This document shows positions 11,730 to 24,526 of a DNA stretch of 64,000 bases, piece by piece. The number at the start of each line of letters is the position of its first letter. The stretch's first letter is position 1. Source of the DNA: Octopus bimaculoides (Eukaryota); NCBI RefSeq assembly GCF_001194135.2, contig NC_068996.1, forward strand, positions 55,407,224-55,471,223, given 5' to 3'. Both the position numbers and the translations under genes were made by a program. The notes under the pieces are model-generated. The model was given only the letters and a program-made list of their open reading frames with translations. It ran no database searches and had not been told where the DNA came from.

Positions 11730-13625
11730 TAGCCTATTTGGTTGTGGTTTGTGTTTTTTTAATCAATGAAGTTTCCTTATTTGTTCATGTTTTGGCCAGT
11801 GATATTGTCTGCATATTGATAAAGAGAGAAGACAATAAAATTTGAGAGATTTGGCTTTTGTATATATGTTCAAATGTTCACTGGGTGGGATTTGTCTAGC
11901 CCTGGCACCTCATATTTGTTGTCAATAAATTGTTAATCTCATTCTTAAGGTGAGTTTGGTTTGTTCAGTATAATCTTGGCTGCATCTGAAGAACAAGGAA
12001 AGTTGTATTTCATAGTAAAAATCTATCCCGACTTAAATTTAGTGTCCTCAATAAGGTTGGTACAAGTTCTACAAGTAGAGTGGCCACACTCTTTTACTGC
12101 TGGAGTTGAGTCTATAGTTGGTAGTTTCATGCTGATAAATAGTTTTCTAGAGATTCTGGTTGTCTTTTGCATTTGATTATTTCATGACTCAAGTGCCTTT
12201 TATCATTCTTGGATCCCAGCTCAATAATCGTAGATTCTCATGGATAAGGCTGAATGTTTCTGTGTTTCTTGGCTTATGTGCTTTGAATGTATCTGATGTT
12301 TCTGGCTTTTCGTAATTCTTCAATGTCTATTGCTTTAGCCTTTTCTAATCCTGTTAGATTAAATAGATACTTTCTTTCAAGTAGTACCTGTTTTAATTCA
12401 AGGAGTGTTTTTTTAAATTCTGAACACCTGAATTTGAAGCAGTTGTTCAGATTCTTTTAGAAAGGTTAAATGGAATATTTGTTTTGATATGTTTTGGGTG
12501 GCATGAAGAAAATAGTAGGTGGTGTTTAGAGTTTATTGGTTTGTAGTAGATGTCAGTTTCTATGTTCATGTTATATATTATAATCAAGTTCTCTAGAAAG
12601 GGTAACTGGTTTTAGCTGTATCCCTTTATGAAGTGAATATTGTTACTGATGAGAATAGGGATTTGAAATCATTGAGCTCATCAAGGTTGTATATCCACAA
12701 AATAAGACAGTCATCTATGTATCAATTTTTCAGCAGATATTTTTGGAAGTTGATACCATACTTTGTTTTGGCTTGTTCATACAACTGGACTTCTGGATGT
12801 GCTATGACTAAGTTGGTGTAAGTTGGAGCAGCTTTTTTATCCATTGCACTCCCAGATATTAGTTGGTAGGTGTTTTTCTTGAAAATGAAGTGGTTTCAAA
12901 ATATGAATTTTAATCCCTTTCTGATGAAGTTTTTTTTTTTATCTGTTTCGTCTAGAATTTCATCAGGGAATTTTCTTAGCCAAATGTTTATTGCCTCTAG
13001 TCTGTATTCATATGGTATAGTAATTTAAAAAAAAATTTCTTTTTTTTTTTAAAGTTTCAGCTTAGAGCTGCGGCCATGCTGATGCACCACCATGAAATTT
13101 TTTCTACATCAAATGAAGCAATTATGGTATATCTGTGAACATTTTTGGGAAATGGTTTTATAGGTCTTTGTCATCCTTTATGAAACAGTATAAATTTTAA
13201 GAGAGGTTTTAACAGTATGTCAAGGAAGTTGCTAAGTCTATGAGTTTCACAGGCTGGATCTGCCACAATTGGTCTTAATTTGAGATCCTTCAGAAAGGGT
13301 TGATTTATGCAGATTGAATGTGATTCTTTGCAGACATCATTGTTTTATTTTTCTGGATTTTAGGAAATCAATAGAAGAAACTGGTTTTGGCTATAAAGTT
13401 TGTAAGATGGTCGATTTCTTTATTAGTTAAGCCTCTTCTCTATTGGTTTATGAGTGTTAAGTTTAGACAATGTTTTGTTTGTTTGTAGTACTTATAATGC
13501 TTGTGTACTTTATAATGGGTGTTGTTTTCAAGTAGAGTTAAAGTGAAACTTTTGCATTGTATTTATAAGAATTACACTACTTGTTTTGTCCACTTCTTTT
13601 ATAACAATGTTATTATTGTTTTTCA
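11730..13625 (-). mobile_element. Penelope-like element (RT, Cys linker, GIY-YIG), decayed, 5'-truncated, Neptune-like architecture
   Basis: Minus strand: NNIVIKEVDKTSSVI, LRPIVA-like..ETHRLSNFLDILLKPL, GSAMDKKAAPTYTNLVIA, YIDDCLILW, LPFL, IETDIYYKP..SSCHPKHIKTNIPFNL, linker KECGHSTCRTC, GIY-YIG remnant, ending KHKPQPN near 11735. Clade name is inference. Confidence 0.85.
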
Positions 13626-13629
13626 GGTC

Positions 13630-14075
13630 ATATAATATTTTTCCGTTTTCTTTGACTCGTGATAGCAGACTATATAACAGGGCGCATTTCCTTCTCTGAT
13701 CTCTTCAGCCTAACCGACTGGCATTGAACACACATTCCTGTCAGCCATGGCCAGGAGCAAGTGTTGTAGATTTACTATGTTTATCGTATCTAAAAGAATG
13801 GAGGTAAGCAGTATATCGTTGCTTAAAATTTTTGGTTGATCCTATGTATATGGCTGTGGAGTTGTGCAACAGATTAAGGACAGTGCATTTGTAAATCACA
13901 TTATATCTTCTGCAATGGGTTTGTAATGGGCAGATGGTTCCACGACTGCAGTTACAATTAGGTGAATTTTGGGGAATGTGTTCAGGAATAGAGGAGATAA
14001 TATCGTCAGAGGAGAAGTTAGAGAAGGGGGCTGAAAATTCTAGATTTTTAGTATTATTAATGTTATCATTACAAT
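13630..14075 (-). mobile_element. Second PLE: GIY-YIG endonuclease fragment and 3' UTR, Naiad-like type
   Basis: ORF 13741..14418 ends PNCNCSRGTICPLQTHCRRYNVIYKCTV..IYIGSTKNFKQRYTAYLHSFRYDKHSKSTTL, i.e. CNC..CPL..C plus VIY..YIG.T. Clade name is inference. Confidence 0.8.
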
Positions 14076-14107
14076 CATTGTTATTATTACTCTCTCTCTC
14101 TCTATCT

Positions 14108-14138
<31 letters not shown>

Positions 14139-14147
14139 TATATATGA

Positions 14148-14472
14148 CGACTGGCACCCGTGCCAACGTCGTCTCCTTCATTGACACACGAAACTCAGCT
14201 TGCGAAGACTTATTGGGGCAAGCGAAATCGAAATCGTGATGGCACCTGTGCCCAGCATCGCCTTTCTGACACTTGTGCCCGCGGCATGTGTAAGGACTTT
14301 CGAGCGAGATCGTTGCCAGTGCCCCTAGACTGGCTCTTGTGTGGGTGGCACATAAAATACACCATTTTGAGAGTGGCCGTTGCCAGTACCGCCTGACTGG
14401 CCTTCGTGCCAGTGGCACGTAAAAGCACCCACTACACTCTGAGTGGTTGGCGTTAGGAAGGGCATCCAGCTG
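14148..14472 (+). mobile_element. SINE family B (shares its 3' region with the RTE LINE), 3'-truncated
   Basis: Modular GTGCC..GGCAC-GTAAAAGCAC repeats followed by GGTTGGCGTTAGGAAGGGCATCCAGCTG, as in the copies at 33.3, 35.1, 43.4 and 56.7 kb. Confidence 0.8.
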
Positions 14473-14597
14473 TTTGGATTAGTTAGGAGATATATGTACA
14501 TATGTATATATATTTTGGTTTTAATTTCTATCTTGAAGAGTTTGGTTAATGAATGAAAGTGCTACTAAAGAATTATTCAAAATTTTGACTGCCTCCT

Positions 14598-14672
<75 letters not shown>

Positions 14673-15184
14673 AGGAAATAATTTTATTCTCAAATGCAGG
14701 GTAATGGTAATAATATAGCACAAATCAGGATAAACTACCCATGTTTTGCAAGGTCAATAGAAAGAGCTAGCATTCAGGCTGATTGAATATCGTTCTTACA
14801 ACTCCACTGTCTCTTACAGTTGACTCACACCCAAAGGATGATTGTAATAACAAAATTAAGTGACCTTTCAAACTTAGTACATATATTTGGTGGACAATGT
14901 GAAACAAACTGAACCAAGAGAAAGTAAAAAGTAGATAAAATAGTCATTAATAAGCAGCAAAAATAATCAAAGATCAGCAATAAATACACTGACCATAAAA
15001 TGTAGTTGGTCTATTGTTGCTTCAATGTTTCTTTTGTTTTCTTTAATTGTTAAAATGAACATTTTCATGTCAGAAAATGAGAAAAGTACAAAAATGATGA
15101 AATACACACACACACATTTTGTAATTAGCTACACATGATTAGCACATGATTTCAATTAGTGATTTTGCTTTAAGGTGACAAGCT

Positions 15185-15400
15185 AGTGAAAGCATTAGAG
15201 CATAAGAGAAAATGCTTACATGTCACCTTTTTTTTTTCCCTGTTCCTTACGTTCTGAGTTCAAACCCTGCTGAGGTAAACTTTGCCTTTCCTCCTTTTGG
15301 GGCAGATGAAATAAAATACCAGTCAAGTACTGGGGTCGATGCAATCACCTATCTTGCTCTCCCTAAAACAGCTGCCCTTGTGTCAGAATTAGGAAGAAAG
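15185..15400 (+). mobile_element. SINE family C (Nin/Deu-domain-like), degenerate
   Basis: GAGTTCAAA B-box followed by CTTTGCCTTTC(A)TCC..GGGG..GAT.AAAT..AGTACCAG..CTGGGGTCGAT, resembling the Nin/Deu SINE domain (naming from recall). Confidence 0.65.
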
Positions 15401-15801
15401 GTGCTGTTTGTCTCATTTGGTGCAGTTCATTTCACCTTTGTCATATAAAGTTGGAAAGATCATCACACACACACACACACAGGGACACACAGACACACAG
15501 ACATATCCTGAAGCAAGATTAATGCTAGAAGAAATCTGCCATCATATATTTCTGCAGTAAATGTTGATTCTGTCTCAAGAGGCAGCCACTTCAATAAGAT
15601 TATATAACGACTTTTGTTATTAAAATTACCATTTATCACGTCAATGTGTGTGTGTTCCACGTAACCGTATCCATTGGCAACATCTGAAGACATTTCACAA
15701 CTCTGTCAACAACATCAATATTGATGTAGAAATGGAACACACCACACCAAACACAAACACCAAACGTCAGAATTTTCTTATATGAAAATTCTTATATTTT
15801 C

Positions 15802-15832
<31 letters not shown>

Positions 15833-16222
15833 TGTATGTGTATCAACACACACACACAAATTCTTTGAAAGACCATGTTTGTATAAGTCAAATATCAAAT
15901 CTCAATGTTATATAAAGTATAATATATATATATATAGACATTGATATTGGTGAACAGACAGACACTCGCACAGAGAAACAAATACATAAATGAAAAACAT
16001 ATATACACACACATATCAATATACTTACATGTGGATATACATGCATATGATGGAAAGCAGCTCAAGATTATATACACACAAACACAGTGACACTCAAACA
16101 GACATATACAGGCTTTGACACAAATATAATCATGCAGACAGAGACACACATACAGACACAAACAAAAATACTCATCCATACACACACAGACACTCAAAGA
16201 CACCTACACACAGACATTAATG

Positions 16223-16257
<35 letters not shown>

Positions 16258-16584
16258 ACAACATCGATGGTATTCATTATTTCTTCAGATTCAATATTAT
16301 GAAACGGCAGACAATTCTTGAAAGAACGTCCCACCTCCACCACTACTAATTAATCTGCATGGGTGACCACCATGTTGAGGAATGTATGATTAAATAATAA
16401 TTCAGAAGATTCCGCATGGACCTTAACAGAAGGAAAGAAAGGAAGGAAGAAAGAAAGAAGGAAAGAAAGGAAGGAAGAAAGAAAGAAGGAAAGAAAGAGT
16501 GTAAGAATGAGAAAGATAAAGAAATAAGAGAGAGAGGGAGAGAGATAAGGAGAGTGAAAGAAAGCAGGAGGGAGNNNNNNNNNN

Positions 16585-16629
<45 letters not shown>

Positions 16630-18329
16630 ATAGAAAAATAAGAAGAGCAAAAAAATAAAAGTGAAAGAAAAAATAGGATCTGAAGAGATTGTTGTATTTG
16701 GGTGAGATTTTGTTTATTAAAGATGTCAAAAATCTAAACTGTATTTGAGAAGATAAGACATGAAAATTTATCAATATTTATGGAGAGACACAGACCGAAT
16801 GTGATGATGTAAGTTAAATTTTGAAATGTATATTTGTCATGTTAAAACATTTGGAAGTGAGTTAAATTCTAAACTGCATTTTATTGTATATGTGGGGCTG
16901 AGTGACACTGGCAAAGAGTTGATCTGTCTTCGTTTGATGACTGAAAAGTCAAACAAAATGACTGACAAGCCATCACCAAGCTATGGTGTAGACACAGAAT
17001 GTTGTCCTGCAGATGTCTGCTAGTTGGTGTCTTAATGAGTGGCATGACTGAGTTGGATAAATCCAAACAGGTTTGATTTGATGATGATGATGATGATGGT
17101 AAGAGTTTGAGGAAGATTAGTAACAAGTCAAGTAATTACGTAGGGGCTCTTTACCCTGGTTCAACTCATTAACATACATCTCTGCGAGGAGGTTGTTATT
17201 TACATCTTTGCTCCATTTCATCCCTGATCAGTCTTCGATCAAAGACATTCCAGCTATTGTTATTGTTGCTGTTGTTGTTTGACTCAAGATTTGTCATGAT
17301 TGATCAAACTTATGATGATCAAAGATATTAAAACTTTGAGCATTTCATCTTTTATTCTGACACAATTTATCGAAGAGTATTGAGTTGTTCCTTTTAAGAC
17401 AATTATGTAATCTGAGGAAGATTTGGCTACTCTTTCTAACACACATATTGACTGACCATGAAGAGGCTCCTTGTTTGGCTATATTAGTCAAGGTTCACAT
17501 GGTGACAAAGGTAATTAATGAATTACAATTGTTTCCATGACCATCCAAAAGATGGACTGTCACTACAGCTATCCTCAGGCCTGACCAATTATATTCTCTA
17601 AATTTAGGAGAAGAGAGCAACCACGTTGGCTGAGTCACTAGAATGTTCAATAAAATGTTTTGTAGTATTTGTTCCAGCTCTGTGTACTCTGAGTTCAAAC
17701 CCAAATGAGATCAGCTTTGCATTTCATTTTTCTTTTTTATGGATTAAGCACCAGTTCAAAGTGGTGGATTGCTAGAATTATTAAAGCACTGAATGGTAAA
17801 ACTTGCAATATCTGTTTTGGCTCTTGGTATTCTGGCAGCAACTGGTGCCAAAGTGACGACACTGATGCCAAAGTGAATGAGCCTTTGTATTTGGATAACA
17901 GCAATGTAAGGAGAGAGTTGGCTGCATGAATAACTGCTGGTCTGTCATGCAAAGAAGGAAGCTTATCCAGGCTAGGGCTTTAAAGGGGAACTTTCCTGTT
18001 GCAGATCCATAAGTCTCACAAGACATATGGAAGTACCAGAAGGAATGCAGATGTCTTATCAATACTCTGTTACATTTAGAATATTCATGGCTCCAGTCAA
18101 AAAATAATAAATTATAAAAAACAGCAGAATGGTTATGACCTGTATATATTCCTTCATGTTTTCCCACATTGAACTGTGGCCATACTGGGGCACAGTCCTG
18201 AAGGGTTTATTCAATCAAATTGAACCCCAGGATTATTTTTTTAGTTTAATATTGATTCTAATGATCTCTTTTTTTTTTTGCTGCACCACTAAGGTATGGG
18301 GACATAAACAAACCAACACTGGTTGTCAA

Positions 18330-18616
18330 ACTCCAAAAGACAAAGACACAAACGACTGTGCACAGTTTCTGCTTTTTTATCTCGTTTCAGTCATTTGACT
18401 GTGGCCATGCTGGAGCACTATCTTTAGTCGAACAAATCGACCCCAGAACTTATTCTTTGTAAGCCTAGTACTTATTATATCAGTCTCTTTTGCTGAACCA
18501 CTAAGTTACGGGAGACATAAACACACCAACATTGGTTGTGAAGTGATGGTGGGAGGGACGAACACAGATGCACAAACATATACATACATGTGTATGTATA
18601 TATATATATACATACA

Positions 18617-18662
<46 letters not shown>

Positions 18663-18775
18663 NNNNNNNNNNNNNNNNNNNNNNNNNNNNNNNNNNNNNN
18701 NNNNNNNNNNNNNNNNNNNNNNNNNNNNNNNNNNNNNNNNNNNNNNNNNNNNNNNNNNNNNNNNNNNNNNNNNNN

Positions 18776-18821
<46 letters not shown>

Positions 18822-18970
18822 GCTTCTTTCAGTTTCCGCCTACCAAATCCACTCACAAGGCTTTGGTCAACCCAAGACTATAGTAGAGGACACTTGCCCG
18901 AGTTGTCATGCAGTGGGACTGAACCCAGAACCATGTGGTTGATAAGCAAGCTACTTACCACACAGCTACT
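18330..18970 (-). mobile_element. SINE family A, full copy spanning an assembly gap
   Basis: Both family A modules are present, with (TA)n and an N gap (18663-18775) between them. Confidence 0.7.
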
Positions 18971-20404
18971 CCTGCTAATCAAATTCATTCAAAAGGTATT
19001 GGTTGACCCTTGGCTAAGATGCCACACAATGGGACTGAACTCAAAATGGCATAGTTACCTGTGTCCATTTACCAATGCTTAAGTCAAAGAGAACTTTTGA
19101 TGTATGTGTTCTAAAGAGAATCTGAGAGGAACTGAAAATTGCAACAAACAATTCCCTGACCATAATCTCATTAACTTGGTTTCTTAACCTAAAACATTTT
19201 TTTTTTTTTTGCAGCAACACAAATTGTATTTACATAAAGCATTAAACAGATTACGTAATAATTGTGTGGATAAATGTTAAATTAATTAGTGCAATTTGTT
19301 AACCAGAAATTCTATTCAACACTAGTTTGCTGACTAGTTTTCTGATATTCTTCCTACAGAGAGAGGAGGGGAGGGAGGGGAGAGGAGAAAGAGGGAAAGG
19401 GGGAGAGAGAGAGAGAGAGAGAGAGAGGAGAAAGGGAGACAGAGAGAGGAGAAAGGGAGACAGAGAGAGAGGGGTGAAAGAGAAGGAAAGAGCAGGGAGA
19501 GAGCAGGAAGGGAGCAGAAGTTATTCATAAAACAGTTATATCATTTTTCATCGTTATTTTATGTCCCCTTTCACCCTGTTAGTAAAGAGTGGGCGGATTT
19601 TTTGAAAATAATTTGTACAATCACATGTTGGTTGAAAACATTCATTTCATGGAAAAGTGTGTGGGAATTGGCATTAGACAAATGTATATTTCGTTTTGTT
19701 CATTTTCCATTTTCACAGTTAAAAGTCTTTTTTCTTTTGTTTTTCTACAATGTGAACTTGGAATGGAGCCTGTTCTTCCAGCAGACCAACTTGCAGCTCA
19801 AACAGCATCACAATGATTACTCTGCTCCCACATACTCACTGTTTGTCTATTTCTTGTACTTCAAACATGACCCAACAAAGAAGTCTCTACATAATTACTT
19901 GATGGTTACTTGATAACAGCTAAATTTCCCTCAGATCAAACCCTACTATCCTAAACCATCTGGTTACCATATTTCTATTGAAATATACTTTGTTTCAATT
20001 AATTTTCAAAATAATGAATTAATTTTACTAAATTCTTCCTTATTTTTCATGATGGTCTTTTCCTTTTTTCTTTTGCCAAATAAACACATGCACAATATAG
20101 TCGTTGTCCATGTGTATTCTCTTACTCTACTTTAGCAGAGTAGGAGGATATACAGGGACAGAAAAGGTTGCTGAAGAGGTCACAGATGTGTTACAAAAGA
20201 TTTCCAGACAATGGACATAACATAAAATAAGAACAGTAATAAACGAGTGAAGAATGAATATATAATGCATGTATTTATTTGACAAGAAGGAAAATTACCA
20301 TCCTGAAATAAAACAATGTTTCAAAACATGGTTTCACATCAAAAATCTTGCAACACAAATTTATAAACTTAACTTCATTGTTTTGTTATTATTAAACTGG
20401 TGCC

Positions 20405-20535
20405 TGCCAAGGTTGACTTTGCCTTTCATCCTTTTGGGGTTGATAAATTAAGTACCAGTTGCATACTGAGGTTGATTTAATCGACTGGCCCCTTCCCCCA
20501 AAATTTCAGGCCTTGTGCCTATAGTAGAAAAGATT
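20405..20535 (+). mobile_element. SINE family C 3' half
   Basis: GACTTTGCCTTTCATCCTTTTGGGGTTGATAAATTAAGTACCAG..AAATTTCAGGCCTTGTGCCTATAGTAGAAAAG matches 61315-61447. Confidence 0.75.
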
Positions 20536-22159
20536 ATTAAACTGGTGTTTTGAAACAAGAACCAATATGAAATTATAATGAACAAGTTAAATGTAGTTCA
20601 CTTTAAGACAGAGAAGTTTGTGATGATGATGATGATGATGAAGTAGGGGCTGTTTCAGGCAGGTAAATATCAAAACAGGTAAATAAAGAAAGAATACATA
20701 TTATACAACTCTAAAAAGGACAGGGTGGTTATGGCTGGGACACCTCTGATCATAGATCAGCTCCTATTAGAGTTGACCTGGGGTTAAACAAAAAGAAGAA
20801 TTTTTCATTAAAAAAAGAAAATCAAGTTTAACTCTTCAATGACCATATTTAGGATGAAATACGGTAATTTTTTAATTAACTTATGAAGAACTCTGAAAGA
20901 TTTAGAAAATAACATTTTTTTTTTATTAATCTCAAGTCTTGGACATAACAAAAGGTTCATACATATAATTAAGATCTAAGGATTTAATTAAAATAACAAC
21001 ACTTTAAAATGGACAATTTTGTGTCATAGAAGAGGAGCAGTCTGAGGAGGGGGCCAAACGGGTTAATTTAAAAAGAAAAAAGTTTCAAAATATGTAGTTA
21101 TTGAAAATGGAATGGAACAAAGGAATAAATATTGATTACTAACTAAATTCCAAAGCCAAACATTTTGGGATGAGGTTGGAGTAAATTAAAATGACCCCAT
21201 ACTTTGATTGGTCCTTTTATTATAAGAATCTCAGAAGGATGAGTTGTAAAAATTAATGTTAGCCTTCTATTCTAATTGCATTGGCATCTAAGATATTTTA
21301 TAGGAATATTAAATCTATCCCAGAAGGATGAAAGACAAAGTAAGTCTTTGTCTTCTATAATAATTCCATTCACATCAAGAATGTTTCATAGGAATATTAA
21401 ATCTATCCTGGTATTTTGCTGATACCTTTTTTATTATCAACCCCACAAGGATAAAAGGTAATGTTGACTTTTGTAGTATTTGAACTAAGAATAAATGGTT
21501 CTAAATAAATGCCTTATGAGATCTGTGTGTATCTATCTACATCCAGGGCTTTGTAATCTCTATCTTTAAGGTCATAAATCATCATCATAAATATTAAAAG
21601 AAATTTTTTTTTATTTGCTGTTATTATCATTGCCATTATTTAACATCCATGTACCATGCTAGCACGGTTGGACAATTTGACCAGGTTAAGTCCCAGGATT
21701 GCATTATGCTTCCATGTGTTAAGCAAGATTTCTGCAGTCGTACATGCATGCAAGCCTCCACTCTTTCCATGTCACCAATGTTTAGTTAAGGGAAGTGGCC
21801 ATCAATTTTGGCCAATGCAGGTTGTTATAGGTGTTGCTGTCAGAAAGTAAAGATTGCAGATATCGTAAGACGCCTTTGCCCAAACCCTCAAATAGTTTCA
21901 CTAATCCATTGCCCTGAAATTGTGCTTTGTTATTGACCTAGGAAGGATGAAAGGCAAAGTTGATTTTGCTGGGATTTGAACCAGGAGAACAGGGAGTGGG
22001 AAGAAATATCACGAGACATCCCATGCTTTCACAACTCTGCCACTTCACTGCTGCCTTTGCCTTTTAATAATAATAATCCTTTTTACAATAGGCACAGGGC
22101 CAGCAATTCAGTCCAGGCATAATAATAATAATCATAATAATAATAATAATAATAATAAA

Positions 22160-22470
22160 AGAAAACAAACACATGCATACTGATTGGCATCACGATCCCT
22201 TCTGATGAAAATATTGTCAGAATTGAGGTGGAGAAACTCAAAATATAAAGATCTTGAAATATATTAGAATAGAAATATTCAAGCTGTGGTGGATGAAGGT
22301 GAAAATGACACCATTAGTAATTGGAGCACAAGGTTTGAGTTCAGAAAAGATAAAAAGAAACACGAGAGTCACACCAGGTCTCACAACACTACACACTGTC
22401 CTAAAAATAATTCCGCTAGGAACAGCCCCTGTTTTGCACAAGATGCTATCGATTCAATAAAATAGCTCAA
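22160..22470 (+). mobile_element. R4/Dong-like non-LTR retrotransposon 3' end (restriction-like endonuclease C-terminus)
   Basis: CILIGITIPSDENI..KYKDLEI..KMTPLVIGAQG..LGTAPVLHKMLSIQ*, directly after an (AAT)n tract. Confidence 0.72.
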
Positions 22471-22559
22471 ATAGAACAATTTTCACAGACAACAAATACC
22501 GTGTACAATAAGCAGCTAATAATCTAAAACAACACAACCTCATGAAACATCACCATCAT

Positions 22560-22805
22560 CATCATTGTTTAACATCCGTTTTTCATGCTGGCATGGGTTA
22601 GAAGGCTTGACAGAGGTCTGAGAAGCAAGGAGGCTGCACCAGGCCCCAATCTGATCTGGCAATGTTTCTACAGCTGGATGCCCTTCCTAACGCCAACCAC
22701 TCTGAGAGTATAGTAGGTGTTTTTTACATGTCACTAGCACAGGGGCCAGGGGAGGCTGGTAACGGCCACAATCAGATGGTGCTTATTAGGTGCCACTGGC
22801 ACAGA
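22560..22805 (-). mobile_element. SINE family B 3' part
   Basis: (ATC)n tail followed by CTACAGCTGGATGCCCTTCCTAACGCCAACCAC. Confidence 0.7.
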
Positions 22806-23109
22806 AGTCAGTCAATCAGTCAGTCAGTCTGCAAATCTACCCAAGAAAAACTTATGATAATTCTTTCTATTTGTATAGGTATAAGGCCTGAAATCTCAAG
22901 GAAGGGGTTTAGCTGATTATATTGACCCCAGTGTTAAACTGGAATTTTATTTTATTGACCTCATAAAAATGAAAGGCTAAGTTGATCTTGATGGTATTTG
23001 AACTCAGAACATAAAGATAGATGAAATGCTGCTAAGTATTTTGTCCAACATGCTAATGGTTCTGCCAGCTGACTACTGCCTTAATAATAAGTGGGTGGGT
23101 GGAGGGGTA

Positions 23110-23442
23110 TCATAGCCATGTGTTGAGAGAAATTCTTTGGGGTTTGAATAATTCACCTTTGTAAACATGGGTGTTTTGCTCAATATCCTTAAACAAACCT
23201 TATTCAGGGACCTTTTGAGTGGGATGGGCTACTCAACCTGAAGAAAATTCTAACTGGGCCCCACCTGCAAGGTCATGCACTGTTTTTCTTGATATGAGAT
23301 CACCATGTCGCACACATATGGTTGTGATGCATGTGCCTGGTGTACCCTTGTCAGACGGGTACATCATGATGGGTATACTGGGCTTCGTATATTTTACCCC
23401 AGTGTCACTTTCATAGTATGCACTGCTCTCACACTCAATAAC
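23110..23442. mobile_element. Unclassified interspersed repeat
   Basis: More GC-balanced block ending in an AATAACAAT tail. It resembles a recurrent octopus repeat from recall only; there is no second copy in the window. Confidence 0.4.
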
Positions 23443-23637
23443 AATTTTGGAATAAGGCCAGCATTTTTGGGGGAGGGATAAATTGATCCCAGTACTCAAC
23501 TGGTACTTATTTATTGACCCTGAAAGGATGCAAAACAAAGTTGTTCTTGGCAAAATTTAAACTCAGAATATAAATATGAACTATGATGCTGCTAAGTATT
23601 TTTCCCAGCATTCTAACAATTCTGTCAGCTCACCACT

Positions 23638-23671
<34 letters not shown>

Positions 23672-23699
23672 GTAATAAGGTACTGTAAGGAGCTGTTTG

Positions 23700-24310
23700 T
23701 TGATTAGTTTAACTTGATCAGATCATTACATCAAAGGTAAAGAAAATGAGAAAATCATAAAATATGCAGACTTGAGAATAGATGTTGGGAGAATGTGGAA
23801 TATGAAAGAATGGTATGAACTGTGATTGGGGCATTTGGGTCAGCAATGAAAATCTTTGAGAAACACCTTTGCACAATTGAAAACTCTCCCAGCATTGATA
23901 TGGGAAAAGATAACACTTTTGGAAATAGCAAATATTCTGTGGTAAGTATTGTCTATGTGAGGTTTATATCACTTTGGAAATGAAGGAATAATAGCAACAA
24001 CTTTGTTGGATAAAGGTACCGTAACAAAGTGTTTGTTGATTGAGGTAGCTTGTCAAGGAGATTATTATATCAATGGTGAAGAAAATGAGAAAATTGTACA
24101 ATATGCAGACAGGAGAATAGCTGTTAAGAGAATGTGGAATATGAAAACAAGAGCGGTACCAATTGTAATTAGAGCACTTGGGTTGGTGATGAAAAATCTT
24201 CAGAAACCCCTTGATACAATTGGAGTCTGTCCCAGCATTACAAAATTACAAAAGGCAACACATTTGAAAACAGCAAATATCCCATGGTAAGTACTGTTTG
24301 AGGTTACACA
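23700..24310 (+). mobile_element. Two tandem R4/Dong-like 3' fragments
   Basis: ORF 24003..24290 (LDKGTVTKCLLIEVACQGD..EKIVQYADRRI..RMWNMK..VPIVIRALG..LQKATHLKTANI) and a parallel decayed copy at ~23720-23960. Both end in G(G)TAAGTA(T/C)TG. Confidence 0.72.
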
Positions 24311-24452
24311 ACTTGATAAGGAATTAATCAAATGATCCCGTATTATCATTATACTGATAATACGGATCAAATGATCCAGTATTATCATCACTGTGCAAAT
24401 GAAGGAATAATAATAAAATTACAACATTTAGAATATTAAATTTTTTACTTAC

Positions 24453-24526
24453 TGTAAAATATAAACAGCTCGGTCAATATCAGACAAATCTTCTGCAACA
24501 GTAAGAGACTCAAGTTCTTCATTGCT
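24453..24526 (-). CDS. PPP4R4: Internal coding exon of serine/threonine-protein phosphatase 4 regulatory subunit 4-like gene
   Basis: Acceptor ttccttgtag|AGC and donor TTACA|gtaagt. The 74 nt encode SNEELESLTVAEDLSDIDRAVYIL, matching human PPP4R4 TPEEIERLTVDEDLSDIERAVYLL as recalled; phase 0-2 and length fit that segment. Confidence 0.85.

Noticed and set aside
12915-12970. CTGATGA...GAAAC on the minus strand resembling a hammerhead
   Set aside because: It is coding sequence of the PLE RT (FPDEILDETD), with no stem II or cleavage triplet.
14185-14235. GCGAAGA..GAAA in the family B 5' region as a hammerhead
   Set aside because: The core lacks CUGA, and there are no stem I/III or cleavage-site matches.
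16870-17030. SAGQ peptide matching the start of the next PPP4R4 exon
   Set aside because: A stop follows within a few codons, there is no further similarity, and no in-phase acceptor.
17705-18167. Overlapping 70-130 aa ORFs on both strands
   Set aside because: There is no recognisable domain and no consistent splice sites; stops occur in all extended frames.
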